Assembly (NCBI RefSeq): GCF_003334785.1
Contig: NZ_QOWV01000011.1
Length of the DNA stretch: 64,000 nt
From: Escherichia coli
GTDB taxonomy: Bacteria > Pseudomonadota > Gammaproteobacteria > Enterobacterales > Enterobacteriaceae
Strand: one strand, 5' to 3'
Below the pieces are notes generated by a model. The model was given only the letters and a program-made list of their open reading frames with translations. It was not told the DNA's origin and searched no databases. Both the position numbers and the translations under genes were made by a program. Shown here one piece after another: positions 45,004 to 57,076 of this stretch; within the stretch, counting starts at the first letter, position 1, and each line of letters begins with the position of its first letter.

Positions 45004-45186
45004 GATTCGTATTTCCGTTTAAAATGAAGATACGGCGCGATGATACGCGTCGGGTTGTCTCTCTGTTGATACAGAGATACTAGATGTAGTTGAAAAAAGA
45101 TTCAACCACACAATATATAGCAAATAGTGGTCGAAATTACCCTGGATATGAGCGTGACGGGGTAGGGGGATTTTTGTGATTCACCA

Positions 45187-45219
45187 GGCAAAAAGAAACC
45201 CCGAAGACAGGCTTCGGGG
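45187..45219 (-). terminator. Rho-independent terminator downstream of ygaM
   Basis: ccccgaag-acagg-cttcgggg stem, T-rich tail on minus strand. Confidence 0.7.
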
Positions 45220-45250
45220 TCAAAGACGCGTATTTATTATCATTTTTGCA

Positions 45251-45580
45251 CTACGATTTGCGCATGCTTAACAGTGCGCCGATAAAAATACCTACCGCAG
45301 CTGCTGTACCCACGCTACACCAGGGTCTTTCACGAACAAAAGAATCCGCGCAGCCAACGGCATCGCGCGCGGCTTGCTGGACGCGAGTACGACCATGCAT
45401 TCGCGCCCTGGTTTCTTTCAGCAATGCCTGAGCTTTACTGCGTGCGGCTTCAGCTTCCCCTTTGGCGTCGCTGCCCCAGGACTTCAATACAGATTCGAGG
45501 CTGTCAGCTAATTGATTGACATCATTCTGGATATCCTGCACGCCATCATCAACGTCGTTGCGGTTCGGTCGGTTAAACAT
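45251..45580 (-). CDS. ygaM: ElaB/YqjD-family (DUF883) membrane-anchored protein YgaM
   Basis: 109 aa from MFNRPNRNDVDDGVQ; C-terminal TM anchor. Confidence 0.88.
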   Translation of the reverse strand: MFNRPNRNDVDDGVQDIQNDVNQLADSLESVLKSWGSDAKGEAEAARSKAQALLKETRARMHGRTRVQQAARDAVGCADSFVRERPWCSVGTAAAVGIFIGALLSMRKS

Positions 45581-45731
45581 ATGATCCCCCATTAGAATTC
45601 GATGTAATTTTCAGTGTAGACCATAATTTTCTTAACTGAGGTTCATCGCGGCTTTATGGACTTTTCTGAAAGCGTTGTGAATGCGCAATCAGGTAAGGTA
45701 GGCCCGCGGTTGATAATAACGAGGATCAAAT

Positions 45732-46076
45732 ATGTATTTACGACCAGACGAGGTGGCGCGCGTACTTGAAAAAGTCGGTTTTACTGTCGATGTGGTAACC
45801 CAGAAAGCGTATGGTTACCGCCGTGGGGAAAATTATGTCTATGTTAATCGCGAAGCGCGAATGGGACGTACCGCTCTGGTAATTCATCCAACATTAAAAG
45901 AACGCAGTTCGACACTGGCTGAACCCGCTTCTGATATTAAAACTTGCGATCATTACCAGCAATTTCCGCTCTATTTAGCAGGCGAGCGACACGAGCATTA
46001 CGGTATCCCGCATGGCTTTAGTTCGCGTGTTGCGCTTGAACGTTATTTGAATGGTTTATTTGGCGAAGCCAGTTAA
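45732..46076 (+). CDS. ygaC: Uncharacterized protein YgaC (DUF2002)
   Basis: 114 aa ORF. Confidence 0.85.
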
Positions 46077-46112
46077 AGACGCGACTGGCGATGCCAGTCG
46101 CGAAAAGAAGAG

Positions 46113-46562
46113 TCAGGCTTTTACCTGCTGGTAACGGCTGACTTTAAACAGTCGGCGGCAATAATCGAGGAAGTAGCCATAAACCGCCCCCATCAACATC
46201 GAAACAACGATGTTTGAACTGACCGCCGCCATAATCTGATGCCAGTCTGCGCCCACCACTAACAAGATCGCCACATACACCGGTGACTGGAACGTCACAT
46301 AAGCCAGGATATCCGCCAGATTTTTTATCCAGCCCGACGGGCTAACTTTGCGTGCCGCGCGCATAAACAGATCACGGTACATACCGTATGGCCATGCAAT
46401 TAAGATGTTCACCGGAATCGCTACCAATCTGGAATAAAAAGACTGTTCGAAGCTCATTCCGGAGAGGAAAACTTCAATACACATGTTCACGACAGAACAG
46501 TAAACAACCATCGCGAACGTATCTGCAACTGCATGACGCAAGCGTGACTGCGGTGAGAACAT
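46113..46562 (-). CDS. alaE: L-alanine exporter AlaE
   Basis: 149 aa membrane ORF. Confidence 0.88.
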   Translation of the reverse strand: MFSPQSRLRHAVADTFAMVVYCSVVNMCIEVFLSGMSFEQSFYSRLVAIPVNILIAWPYGMYRDLFMRAARKVSPSGWIKNLADILAYVTFQSPVYVAILLVVGADWHQIMAAVSSNIVVSMLMGAVYGYFLDYCRRLFKVSRYQQVKA

Positions 46563-47230
46563 GCTAATGCTCCTTAATAAAAGCGTAATGGGATGTTAAT
46601 GGAGATGAAAGCAGTGGATCTCATTGCCATCTGCATTTTCGCATAGCGTATATCGCTGGCTATGACTAATCAATTAGTGAAAAATTTTTATTTAGTCAGT
46701 TTTTGTAGATAAAATATTCCGTAACGGCTCGTTTTTTGTACATTGTGGATTTTTACATGCCGATATGATTTATTTTTAATTAAATCAATTAGATATGGCC
46801 TTACCTTTAATATCACTAATGAAAGTTTGGGGGTGAGGTAACGCTATAAGCGTAGAGAATTCGGTGTATGTAGTAGCTGGGTCATTTTCAGCATTTTTTA
46901 TGCCAGACAATGTACATTAACAGCAGAAAGCACCAGTGATGGATGTTTTCTTTTATTCTGTTATATTGCATTTTTATTCACTTTGATTTTGTCAGGCTTG
47001 CGGAATTAGCGAGCAGAGAGCGCCGCTCTGTTCACCAATAATCTAAATTACTCATCAAAATGGCTAATATATAATCTTGAAATTATTCTGAGAGTTTCAG
47101 AAAATAACAGCTGAAATAATCTCGCGCAGGACTGTAAATAGATTAAATTTTGTGGAAATATAATAAGTGATCGCTTACACTACGCGACGAAATACTTTTT
47201 TTGTTTTGGCGTTAAAAGGTTTTCTTTATT

Positions 47231-47635
47231 ATGTCCGTAATGTTACAAAGTTTAAATAACATTCGCACCCTCCGTGCGATGGCTCGCGAATTCTCCATTG
47301 ACGTTCTTGAAGAAATGCTCGAAAAATTCAGGGTTGTCACTAAAGAAAGACGTGAAGAAGAAGAACAGCAGCAGCGTGAACTGGCAGAGCGCCAGGAAAA
47401 AATTAGCACCTGGCTGGAGCTGATGAAAGCTGACGGAATTAACCCGGAAGAGTTATTGGGTAATAGCTCTGCTGCTGCACCACGCGCTGGTAAAAAACGC
47501 CAGCCGCGTCCGGCGAAATATAAATTCACCGATGTTAACGGTGAAACTAAAACCTGGACCGGTCAGGGCCGTACACCGAAGCCAATTGCTCAGGCGCTGG
47601 CAGAAGGTAAATCTCTCGACGATTTCCTGATCTAA
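47231..47635 (+). CDS. stpA: H-NS paralogue StpA
   Basis: 134 aa, H-NS family C-terminal motif TWTGQGRTP. Confidence 0.96.
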   Translation: MSVMLQSLNNIRTLRAMAREFSIDVLEEMLEKFRVVTKERREEEEQQQRELAERQEKISTWLELMKADGINPEELLGNSSAAAPRAGKKRQPRPAKYKFTDVNGETKTWTGQGRTPKPIAQALAEGKSLDDFLI

Positions 47636-47681
47636 TTACTGAGGCCGGATGTCGCTGCTAGGGCGCGTCCGGCGTCGCTTC

Positions 47682-48206
47682 TCAAGCTCGTTGGTTCCAC
47701 GGCATCTTATCTAACAACCTTGCCATTCCACAAAAACCGCTGATTCCTGCAAACAGTAACCCGGCACCAACAAAGCCACTTAATAAGAAGAAACCGCTAT
47801 TTACGGTATAACCCAGTACAACGCCGATTAATATTAAACCACCCGCAGCGATCTGCACCTGGCGCATTAACGGCAAGGGTTGAGATTTATTTACCGCTAC
47901 TGGCAATCCTGCTTTTTTCCAGCCATCAATCCCATCTTCGAGTAAAAAGATTTCTGCGGGGGCGGCAATCGCTGCTAATTTATCGGCATTATTACTGGTG
48001 CGTTTACCTGCCTGGCAGTGGAATATAATTTGCTCGTGACGTAATTTAGCCGGAAGACCTGACTGTTCCAGCACGGATAATGGAGCCAGATCTGCTTCAG
48101 GAATATGTTCACGAAGATATTCATCAGCATCACGAATATCGATTAACTTTGCGCCGCGTGCGATTAATTCTTGTGCATCATGCGGCGAAATGGTTGTCAA
48201 AGCCAT
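47682..48206 (-). CDS. ygaP: Rhodanese-domain inner membrane protein YgaP
   Basis: 174 aa, rhodanese active-site Cys in FHCQAGKR plus C-terminal TM helices. Confidence 0.9.
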
Positions 48207-48215
48207 AGTGACTCC

Positions 48216-48515
48216 TTACGGACAATAGACATTTTTCAGGGTGGCGATAATGGCATTTACCGCCTCATTTTTAATGGAATATAGAATGCGTTGGGCATCC
48301 CGTTGGCTGTCGATAAGCCCTTCGTCCCGCATACGAGCGAGATGCTGTGATGTCGCAGAGGCACTCAGTCCGGTAATGCGCGTCAGCTCTCCCGCGCTGG
48401 TGCCGGGGGAACCGCTAAGCATGCACAGAATCAGCAATCGTTTAGGGTGGCTCATTGCTTTCAATAAGGCCGCTGCCTGTTCGGCACTGGCCTGTAATTG
48501 CGCGAGTTCAGTCAT
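48216..48515 (-). CDS. ygaV: ArsR/SmtB-family transcriptional regulator YgaV
   Basis: 99 aa HTH, co-oriented with ygaP. Confidence 0.9.
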   Translation of the reverse strand: MTELAQLQASAEQAAALLKAMSHPKRLLILCMLSGSPGTSAGELTRITGLSASATSQHLARMRDEGLIDSQRDAQRILYSIKNEAVNAIIATLKNVYCP

Positions 48516-48697
48516 ATTTATTTAAGTATTTTCTAAATTAAGTAAACTCTAAACTAAAAATGCAACATATACCAGCCTCAGCAGCGTAAATGAGAGTAAA
48601 AGCGTAAGCTGAAACTGGCAGGCTCCGCTAAAATTACTACGCTTAAGAGATAAAATCTCTTTTTAAACAATGAGTAATTTTCTTATAGGGAGTACAT

Positions 48698-48856
48698 ATG
48701 GGTTTCTGGAGAATCGTCATCACCATCATTCTGCCGCCGCTCGGCGTGCTGCTCGGTAAAGGGTTCGGTTGGGCGTTCATTATTAATATTCTGTTGACAC
48801 TGCTTGGGTATATCCCCGGTTTGATTCACGCGTTCTGGGTGCAAACCCGCGATTAA
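48698..48856 (+). CDS. yqaE: Pmp3/UPF0057-family small membrane protein YqaE (52 aa)
   Basis: Hand translation: MGFWRIVITIILPPLGVLLGKGFGWAFIINILLTLLGYIPGLIHAFWVQTRD; below ORF-track size cut-off. Confidence 0.85.
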   Translation: MGFWRIVITIILPPLGVLLGKGFGWAFIINILLTLLGYIPGLIHAFWVQTRD

Positions 48857-48939
48857 ACCTGTGCTCATCCCCGCGGCGTTAACGCGCCGCGTTCCTCTGC
48901 TACACTTTCTGAGTGTTTCCGTTAACGAATGAGGTAGCT

Positions 48940-49389
48940 ATGGGTCTGTTCAATTTTGTGAAAGATGCCGGAGAAAAACTCTGGGACGCGGTTACAGGTC
49001 AGCACGATAAAGACGATCAGGCGAAGAAGGTGCAGGAGCATCTGAACAAAACCGGTATACCGGATGCCGATAAAGTGAATATTCAAATTGCCGACGGCAA
49101 AGCGACGGTCACTGGTGACGGCCTGAGTCAGGAGGCGAAGGAGAAAATCCTTGTTGCGGTGGGGAATATTTCCGGTATTGCCAGTGTCGATGATCAGGTG
49201 AAAACGGCGACACCAGCCACTGCCAGCCAGTTTTATACCGTTAAGTCTGGCGACACTCTGAGTGCCATTTCCAAACAGGTCTACGGTAACGCTAATCTGT
49301 ACAATAAAATCTTCGAAGCGAATAAACCGATGCTAAAAAGCCCGGATAAAATTTATCCGGGGCAAGTGTTGCGTATTCCGGAAGAGTAG
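48940..49389 (+). CDS. kbp: Potassium-binding protein Kbp (YgaU), BON + LysM domains
   Basis: 149 aa from [16 protein letters not shown]-terminal Lys[15 protein letters not shown]. Confidence 0.9.
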
Positions 49390-50052
49390 TTAATTGCCAG
49401 CCATCGCCTGCTGGATAATGGGAATTGGCGTCAGTAAATGCTGGCGCATTAACTCACTGGCGCGCGCGGTATCTCGCGCCAGTACCGCCGCAGTCAGGGT
49501 CTGGTGCTGATCGTGTTTATCCTCCAGCATTTCCACCGAAAGCACCGTTCGCCGCAGCCAGATAAATCGATAACGCGCCGCCAGATCAAACAACCGTTCA
49601 CGCATTTGCAGCAAATAGTGAGAACCACAGCCCGCCACAATTGCCGTATGAAACGCCTGATGACGCAGATCCCACTCATCAAGCATTTTCTCGCTGGCGT
49701 CACAGGCCTCAAGCTTACTCAGCAGATGCGCTTTTGCGAGAACGTCTGCCTCCCACTCATCGCCACCGCGGGCAATCGCCAGACTCACTAACATCGCTTC
49801 CATATTGGCGCGGGCGTCGAAAATATCGAGCAGCTCCTGCTCTGACATAGACGCCACCCGATACCCTTTTTGATTCACCACCGTGACCAGCCGTTCCGCC
49901 ACCAGTTGCGAAAGAGCTTCCCGTAACGGCCCAACGCCAAGTGCATAACGCGATGTCAGCAAACTCATTCGTAATTTTTCATCCGGTTGAAAATTACCGC
50001 GAATAATATCGTTCTTCAGCCAGCGATAGCCATCCAGAGACGTAATGGTCAT
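49390..50052 (-). CDS. csiR: GntR-family regulator CsiR (GabC)
   Basis: 220 aa from MTITSLDGYRWLKNDIIRGNF, downstream of gabP. Confidence 0.9.
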   Translation of the reverse strand: MTITSLDGYRWLKNDIIRGNFQPDEKLRMSLLTSRYALGVGPLREALSQLVAERLVTVVNQKGYRVASMSEQELLDIFDARANMEAMLVSLAIARGGDEWEADVLAKAHLLSKLEACDASEKMLDEWDLRHQAFHTAIVAGCGSHYLLQMRERLFDLAARYRFIWLRRTVLSVEMLEDKHDQHQTLTAAVLARDTARASELMRQHLLTPIPIIQQAMAGN

Positions 50053-50072
50053 GGTGTGACTCCTGATCATGA

Positions 50073-51473
50073 TCAGCGCGTATTATGAACGGGTGTTTTT
50101 TGCCACAATACCAGCTTTTTCCAGCGAGCCATAATTGGCACGGTACAGATAATCCCTATCGCTAATAAGCCGGTGGAGATCACTTCTAACTGTTGCGCCG
50201 GACGGAATAGCATCACTACCAACACAAAGGTAATAAAGCCGATGACTAGCCAGGTGAGCCACGGATAAAGCCACATTCGCAAGCGAATTTCGCTTCCTTC
50301 TGCTCGCAGAATTTTGCGCATCCGCAACTGTGAAACGGCGATGACTAAATAAACCAGCAGGGCGATAGCGCCGGAGCTGTCGATCAGAAATTTAAATACC
50401 TTCGCAGGCGCGTAATAGTTCACCACCACCGTTAAGAATGCCGCGCCGGTGGAGAGTAACACCGCCACGTACGGGGTTTTACTGCGGTTGATTTTACCCA
50501 TTACCGCGGGAGCATCACCGCGACGACTTAAGGAGTAGAGCATCCTTGACGCGGTATACAGCGCCGAGTTCAGGCAACTGGTTACGGAAAGTAATATCAC
50601 GCAGTCCATGATTAATTTCGCATGGGGAATATTGAGCAATTCCAGTACCGAGCGATAAGAACCGACGGCTTTTAGTCCGGGCATATTCCACGGAATTAAT
50701 GCCACGACGACAAAAATAGAACATAAATAGAAGATAGAAATACGCCAGATAACCGAGTTGGTGGCGCGGACAATATGTTTTTCCGGCGTGTCGGATTCCG
50801 CGGCGGCAATGGTGACAATTTCTGCGCCCATAAACGAGAACATGGTGATCAACATCGCGCTTAATACCGCACCGAAACCGTTTGGCATAAAGCCGCCGCT
50901 ATCCCACAATCTTGAGATCCCGCTCACTTCGGCATACGGGTAAAAACCGCTAATTGCGACTGCACCAAGGAAAATAAAGGCCAGGATAGCGATGACTTTG
51001 CACAGCGCCAGCCAGAACTCAAATTCGCCGTAGTTTTTAACGCTTAATAAGTTACTGCCAGTTAAGGCGAGGGTAATGACGAGGGAAAATAACCAGATGG
51101 GAATGCCTGGAACCCATGAGTGCAGGATCATGGCGGCGATGTTGGCTTCCAGCGGGATAACCAGTACCCAAAACCACCAGTACAACCAGCCGATGGTATA
51201 GCCCGCCCAGCGACCAATGGCTTTATCGGCATAGGTGGAAAACGAACCGGTATCGGGCGTGGCAACCGCCATTTCCGCCAACATCCGCATAATCATAACC
51301 ACCAGTAGCCCGGCGAACAGATAGGCCAGTAATACCGCCGGGCCCGCTTCGGCGATGGCGACGCTGGAACCGACAAACAGACTTGCGCCGATAACACCGG
51401 CAATAGACAACATGGTGACGTGGCGTGACTTCAGCCCGCCGCCTAACTCATGTGGTTGCGATGATTGCCCCAT
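50073..51473 (-). CDS. gabP: GABA permease GabP (APC family)
   Basis: 466 aa from MGQSSQPHELGGGLKSRHVTMLSIAGVIGASLFVG. Confidence 0.95.
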   Translation of the reverse strand: MGQSSQPHELGGGLKSRHVTMLSIAGVIGASLFVGSSVAIAEAGPAVLLAYLFAGLLVVMIMRMLAEMAVATPDTGSFSTYADKAIGRWAGYTIGWLYWWFWVLVIPLEANIAAMILHSWVPGIPIWLFSLVITLALTGSNLLSVKNYGEFEFWLALCKVIAILAFIFLGAVAISGFYPYAEVSGISRLWDSGGFMPNGFGAVLSAMLITMFSFMGAEIVTIAAAESDTPEKHIVRATNSVIWRISIFYLCSIFVVVALIPWNMPGLKAVGSYRSVLELLNIPHAKLIMDCVILLSVTSCLNSALYTASRMLYSLSRRGDAPAVMGKINRSKTPYVAVLLSTGAAFLTVVVNYYAPAKVFKFLIDSSGAIALLVYLVIAVSQLRMRKILRAEGSEIRLRMWLYPWLTWLVIGFITFVLVVMLFRPAQQLEVISTGLLAIGIICTVPIMARWKKLVLWQKTPVHNTR

Positions 51474-51622
51474 CCTGAATCCTCTCGAAAGTGTGTCACT
51501 TGGGAGAGCGCCCCGACATTTCCCGCGCCGGGTCACGCGTATAATTGTTATTGATTCTTTTTGCCGGAGAGCGGCTCCGCCTTACCCGGCCAACATAGAT
51601 TTCTTCCTGTTCACGTACAGAT

Positions 51623-51700
51623 TGTCGGATGCGGCGTAAACGCCTTATCCGACCTGGATCCCCGTAGGCCGGACAAGACGCGCAGCGTCGCCTCCGGCAT
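51623..51700. repeat. REP cluster, two units (gabT-gabP spacer)
   Basis: tgtcggatgcggcgtaaacgccttatccgacc and gtaggccggacaagacgcgcagcgtcgcctccggca. Confidence 0.85.
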
Positions 51701-51710
51701 AGGAGCGGCG

Positions 51711-52991
51711 CTACTGCTTCGCCTCATCAAAACACTGGCTGATGATCTCCAGACCCTGACGGATCTGAGCGTCTTCAATGGTGAGCGGTACAAGGATGCG
51801 CAGCACGTTGTAATACGGGCCGCAGGAGAGAAGAATCAGGCCTTTATCGCGGGCGCGAGCCACGATCTCGGCGGTGAGTTTGGCGTCCGGCTTGTTGTGA
51901 TCGCCGTCTTCAAACAGCTCAATGGCGATCATCGCCCCCAGCCCGCGTACGTCGCCGATCTCCGGGTGTTTTTCGGCTATCGCCAGCAATCCGTCTTTCA
52001 ACTTCTGCCCCAGATCGTTGGCTTTTTGCAGCAGATTTTCCTGCTCAAACACCTTCAACACTTCCAGCGCAGCCACGCAGGCAATCGGGTTACCCGCATA
52101 GGTGCCGCCCAGACCGCCTGGAGCGACGGCATCCATTACTTCCGCGCGCCCGGTGACGCCCGCCAGCGGGAAGCCGCCCGCGATCGATTTCGCAAAGGTG
52201 GTAAGATCCGGCGCAACGCCCATCTGCTCCATCGCAAACAGCGTGCCGGTACGCCCCGCGCCGCTCTGCACTTCATCGGCAATCAGCATGATCCCGTGCT
52301 CGTCACACAGAGCGCGTAAACGCTGCATAAAGGCTGGCGACGAGGCGTAGAAACCGCCTTCGCCCTGAACCGGCTCAATCACGATGGCGGCGATATCTTC
52401 CGGCGCGGCATCATTTTTGAAGATCCGGTGGATGCTGGCGATAGCGTCATCCTCGCTTATGCCGTGCAGCGGGCAAGGATAAAGCGCGCGATAAACATGA
52501 CCCGGCATCAGCCCCATGCCCGCAGAGTACGGATTCACCTTGCCGGTCAGCGCCAGCGTGTAATGCGTGCGCCCGTGATACGCGCCGCTAAAAGCGATGG
52601 TGCCGCTACGTTTGGTGGCGGCGCGGGCGATTTTTACCGCGTTTTCCACCGCTTCGGAACCGGTCGTAACCAGCAGCGTTTTCTTGGCGAAATCGCCCGG
52701 CACCTTCTGATTCATAATCTCGCACAGCTCCAGATACGGCTCGTAAGCCAGCACCTGGAAGCAGGTGTGCGACAGTTTTTTCAACTGCGCTTCCACCGCG
52801 GCCACCACCTTCGGATGCAGGTGCCCGGTATTGAGCACCGCAATCCCGCCCGCGAAATCAAGATACTCACGGCCTTCAACGTCCCACACCCGGCAGTTTT
52901 CCGCGCGGTCAGCGAAAATCGGGTGAATTTGCCCAACGCCACGGGGAATCGCCTGACTGCGGCGCTGCATTAACTCTTTATTGCTGTTCAT
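51711..52991 (-). CDS. gabT: 4-aminobutyrate aminotransferase GabT
   Basis: 426 aa from MNSNKELMQRRSQAIPRGV; PLP class III aminotransferase. Confidence 0.96.
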   Translation of the reverse strand: MNSNKELMQRRSQAIPRGVGQIHPIFADRAENCRVWDVEGREYLDFAGGIAVLNTGHLHPKVVAAVEAQLKKLSHTCFQVLAYEPYLELCEIMNQKVPGDFAKKTLLVTTGSEAVENAVKIARAATKRSGTIAFSGAYHGRTHYTLALTGKVNPYSAGMGLMPGHVYRALYPCPLHGISEDDAIASIHRIFKNDAAPEDIAAIVIEPVQGEGGFYASSPAFMQRLRALCDEHGIMLIADEVQSGAGRTGTLFAMEQMGVAPDLTTFAKSIAGGFPLAGVTGRAEVMDAVAPGGLGGTYAGNPIACVAALEVLKVFEQENLLQKANDLGQKLKDGLLAIAEKHPEIGDVRGLGAMIAIELFEDGDHNKPDAKLTAEIVARARDKGLILLSCGPYYNVLRILVPLTIEDAQIRQGLEIISQCFDEAKQ

Positions 52992-53004
52992 TCGCATTCT
53001 CCAG

Positions 53005-54453
53005 TTAAAGACCGATGCACATATATTTGATTTCTAAGTAATCTTCGATGCCATACTTCGAACCTTCACGACCCAGACCCGAGGCTTTGATGCCGCCGAA
53101 CGGGGCCACTTCATTGGAAATAATGCCGGTATTGATGCCGACGATGCCGTACTCCAGCGCTTCGCCCACGCGGAAGACGCGGCTTAAATCACGGGCGTAG
53201 AAATAGGCGGCAAGGCCAAACTCGGTGTCATTGGCTTGCGCAATCACATCAGCTTCATCTTTAAAGCGGAACAGCGGGGCGAGGGGGCCGAACGTCTCTT
53301 CTTTCGACACTTTGGCGTTGGCCGGAACGTCCACCAGAATGGTCGGCTGGAAGAAGTTGCCGCCGCGTTCGTGCGCTTTACCGCCGCAAACCACGCGCGC
53401 GCCTTTCTCCAGCGCATCGGCAATATGCTCTTCCACTTTTGCTACCGCTTTTTCATCGATCAGCGGCCCGATGGTGACGCCGTTATCCAGCCCGTCGCCG
53501 ATGTGCAGTTTGCTCACTGCCTGCTGCAATTTTTCGGCAAAACGGTCATACACGCCGTCCTGCACATACAGGCGGTTGGCGCAGACGCAGGTTTGCCCGG
53601 CGTTGCGGAATTTCGAGGCCAGCGCGCCTTCCACGGCTTTGTCGAGGTCGGCATCGTCAAAGACGATAAACGGCGCGTTACCGCCCAGCTCCAGCGACAC
53701 TTTCTTGATGTCTTTCGCGCACTGTTCCATTAACTGGCGGCCAATTTCGGTCGAACCGGTAAACGACAGTTTGCGCACCAGCGGGTTACTGGTCAGTTCG
53801 TTACCGACCGCGCCCGCCGAACCGGTGACCACGTTAAATACCCCAGCCGGAACGCCCGCGCGGATCGCCAGCTCCGCCAGCGCCAGCGCAGAGAACGGCG
53901 TCTGACTGGCGGGCTTCAGCACCATGGTGCAGCCTGCTGCCAGCGCCGGACCGGCTTTGCGGGTAATCATCGCCGCCGGGAAGTTCCACGGCGTGATAGC
54001 CGCGGTGACGCCAATCGGCTGCTTGATAACAATCAGGCGTTTATCGGCCTGATGACCAGGAATGGTGTCGCCATAAATGCGTTTGCCTTCTTCGGCAAAC
54101 CACTCAATAAAGGAGGCGGCGTAGCTGATTTCGCCTTTCGCTTCGGCCAGTGGTTTACCCTGTTCGAGGGTCATCAGGCGCGCTAAATCGTCCTGATGCT
54201 CCATCATCAAATTGAACCAGTTGCGCAGAATGGTGGCGCGTTCTTTGGCGGTGAGCGCGCGCCAGGCGGGCAGGGCGCGGTTGGCGGCGTCGATAGCGGC
54301 GCGGGTTTCATCCGCGCCCATTTTCGGCACGCTACCCAGCTTGTCGCCGTTCGCCGGATTGGTGACGTCGATGGCTTCACCATTGTTGGCGTCCAGCCAT
54401 TCCCCGTTAATCAACGCCTGCTGGCGGAATAAGTTACTGTCGTTAAGTTTCAT
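53005..54453 (-). CDS. gabD: Succinate-semialdehyde dehydrogenase (NADP+) GabD
   Basis: 482 aa aldehyde dehydrogenase. Confidence 0.96.
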   Translation of the reverse strand: MKLNDSNLFRQQALINGEWLDANNGEAIDVTNPANGDKLGSVPKMGADETRAAIDAANRALPAWRALTAKERATILRNWFNLMMEHQDDLARLMTLEQGKPLAEAKGEISYAASFIEWFAEEGKRIYGDTIPGHQADKRLIVIKQPIGVTAAITPWNFPAAMITRKAGPALAAGCTMVLKPASQTPFSALALAELAIRAGVPAGVFNVVTGSAGAVGNELTSNPLVRKLSFTGSTEIGRQLMEQCAKDIKKVSLELGGNAPFIVFDDADLDKAVEGALASKFRNAGQTCVCANRLYVQDGVYDRFAEKLQQAVSKLHIGDGLDNGVTIGPLIDEKAVAKVEEHIADALEKGARVVCGGKAHERGGNFFQPTILVDVPANAKVSKEETFGPLAPLFRFKDEADVIAQANDTEFGLAAYFYARDLSRVFRVGEALEYGIVGINTGIISNEVAPFGGIKASGLGREGSKYGIEDYLEIKYMCIGL

Positions 54454-54475
54454 CGCTACATCCTGTTTTCAAAGG

Positions 54476-55744
54476 TTATTGATTAAATGCGGCGTGTAAG
54501 GCATCCACACTACGTGCCGCTCGCAGCGTGCGTCCGGGGTTACTCTGGCTTGCCAACAGCGTTTGTACCTTGCTGACAATATGCGCACCAATAGGAATTG
54601 CTGATGTCGCTGCCGGGGAGGGCGCATTGCAGGTGTGGATCGTGCGCGGGGTGGTGACAAACAGAAAATCGTCAATCAGCTTGCCGTCCGGCGATACCGC
54701 CTGCGCCCGCACACCGGCGGGCCAGGGCTGGAGATCGCTTAACGAAAGCCGGGGACAATACTTTTGCACCAGCCGCAGATAGCCGCTTTTGCACAGCGAG
54801 TTTTTCATCTCGCCCAGTCCTGAGCGTAGATGGTTTTGCAGCACCCGGCGAATCCCCGACGAGCCCAAAATCTCCAGCGTGTCGCTAAATGAGAAGTCGC
54901 GCTTGCGATAGCCTTCGCGTTTGAAAGCCAGCACCGCGTTTGGCCCGACGGTCACGCTGCCGTCGATCATGCGGGTGAGATGAACGCCCAAAAACGGCAT
55001 TGCCGGGTCGGGAATGGGGTAAATCAGGTGGTTAACAATCTGGTTATGCTCCGGCGCAAGGCGGAAATACTCGCCACGGAACGGGCAGATGATAAAGCCC
55101 GGTTCGAGTCCGAGCATTTTCACCAGCCGGTCAGCCATCAGCCCGGAACAGCTAATCAGCGTTGATGCTTCATATTCGCCGCCCTGACGGGTACGTATCA
55201 CCACGCCGTTTTTATGCTCATTAAGCCCGCTGACTTCGGCGTTATAGATAATTTCACCGCCTCTGGACTGGAAGATTTTTGCCATCGCCGCCGTCACGTC
55301 GCGGTAGCTGACAATGCCGCTGGACGGCACAAAAATGCCGCCGAGCCCGGTGATATTCGGTTCGCGCTCGCGCAGTTCGTCGGCGTTAAGCCATTCGCGC
55401 TCGATACCGTTCGCCGCTGTGCGTTCCCATAAGGCGCGCATCCGTTCCATTTCGAGATCGGACGTGGCAACCAGCATCTTGCCGCAGTTGTCGTAGCGAA
55501 TGCCGTTTTGATCGCAAAAGGCTTTGGTGGCGCGGTTTCCCGCCAGGCAAAACTGCGCCTTCAGGCTGCCGGGCGTGTAATAGACCCCGGCATGGATCAC
55601 GCCGCTGTTGTGGCCCGTCTGGTGACAGGCCGGGCCGGACTCTTTTTCCAGCAACGCAATGCGGGCGTCCGGATAGACATCAATCAGTTGCATGGCGGTC
55701 GACATGCCGATGATGCCGCCGCCAATAATCACAAAATCATACAT
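54476..55744 (-). CDS. lhgO: L-2-hydroxyglutarate oxidase/dehydrogenase LhgO (YgaF)
   Basis: 422 aa from MYDFVIIGGGIIG (FAD fold). Confidence 0.93.
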   Translation of the reverse strand: MYDFVIIGGGIIGMSTAMQLIDVYPDARIALLEKESGPACHQTGHNSGVIHAGVYYTPGSLKAQFCLAGNRATKAFCDQNGIRYDNCGKMLVATSDLEMERMRALWERTAANGIEREWLNADELREREPNITGLGGIFVPSSGIVSYRDVTAAMAKIFQSRGGEIIYNAEVSGLNEHKNGVVIRTRQGGEYEASTLISCSGLMADRLVKMLGLEPGFIICPFRGEYFRLAPEHNQIVNHLIYPIPDPAMPFLGVHLTRMIDGSVTVGPNAVLAFKREGYRKRDFSFSDTLEILGSSGIRRVLQNHLRSGLGEMKNSLCKSGYLRLVQKYCPRLSLSDLQPWPAGVRAQAVSPDGKLIDDFLFVTTPRTIHTCNAPSPAATSAIPIGAHIVSKVQTLLASQSNPGRTLRAARSVDALHAAFNQ

Positions 55745-55763
55745 CCGCTCAATTCCTTTGCGC

Positions 55764-56855
<1,092 letters not shown>

Positions 56856-57076
56856 TTATTGTGATCAAAAGCAACAAATTAGTAACATTTAACGTAGGGT
56901 ATTAAGGCAAAGTGAGACAGGAAATGAATAACTAAAGCAACAGGTTAGGGGGAGTTAACATTAGAGAACAGATTATCTGGTCGATAAAAAACAGTAAATG
57001 GCTTCACTGCAAAATGACCGTTAGTAAACTAAACATATTATCTGCCCCGTTTTATCGGGGCAGATATAACATTAAA

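Noticed and set aside
48683-48868. 61-aa minus-strand ORF
   Set aside because: Antisense to the well-supported 52-aa yqaE membrane protein on the plus strand.
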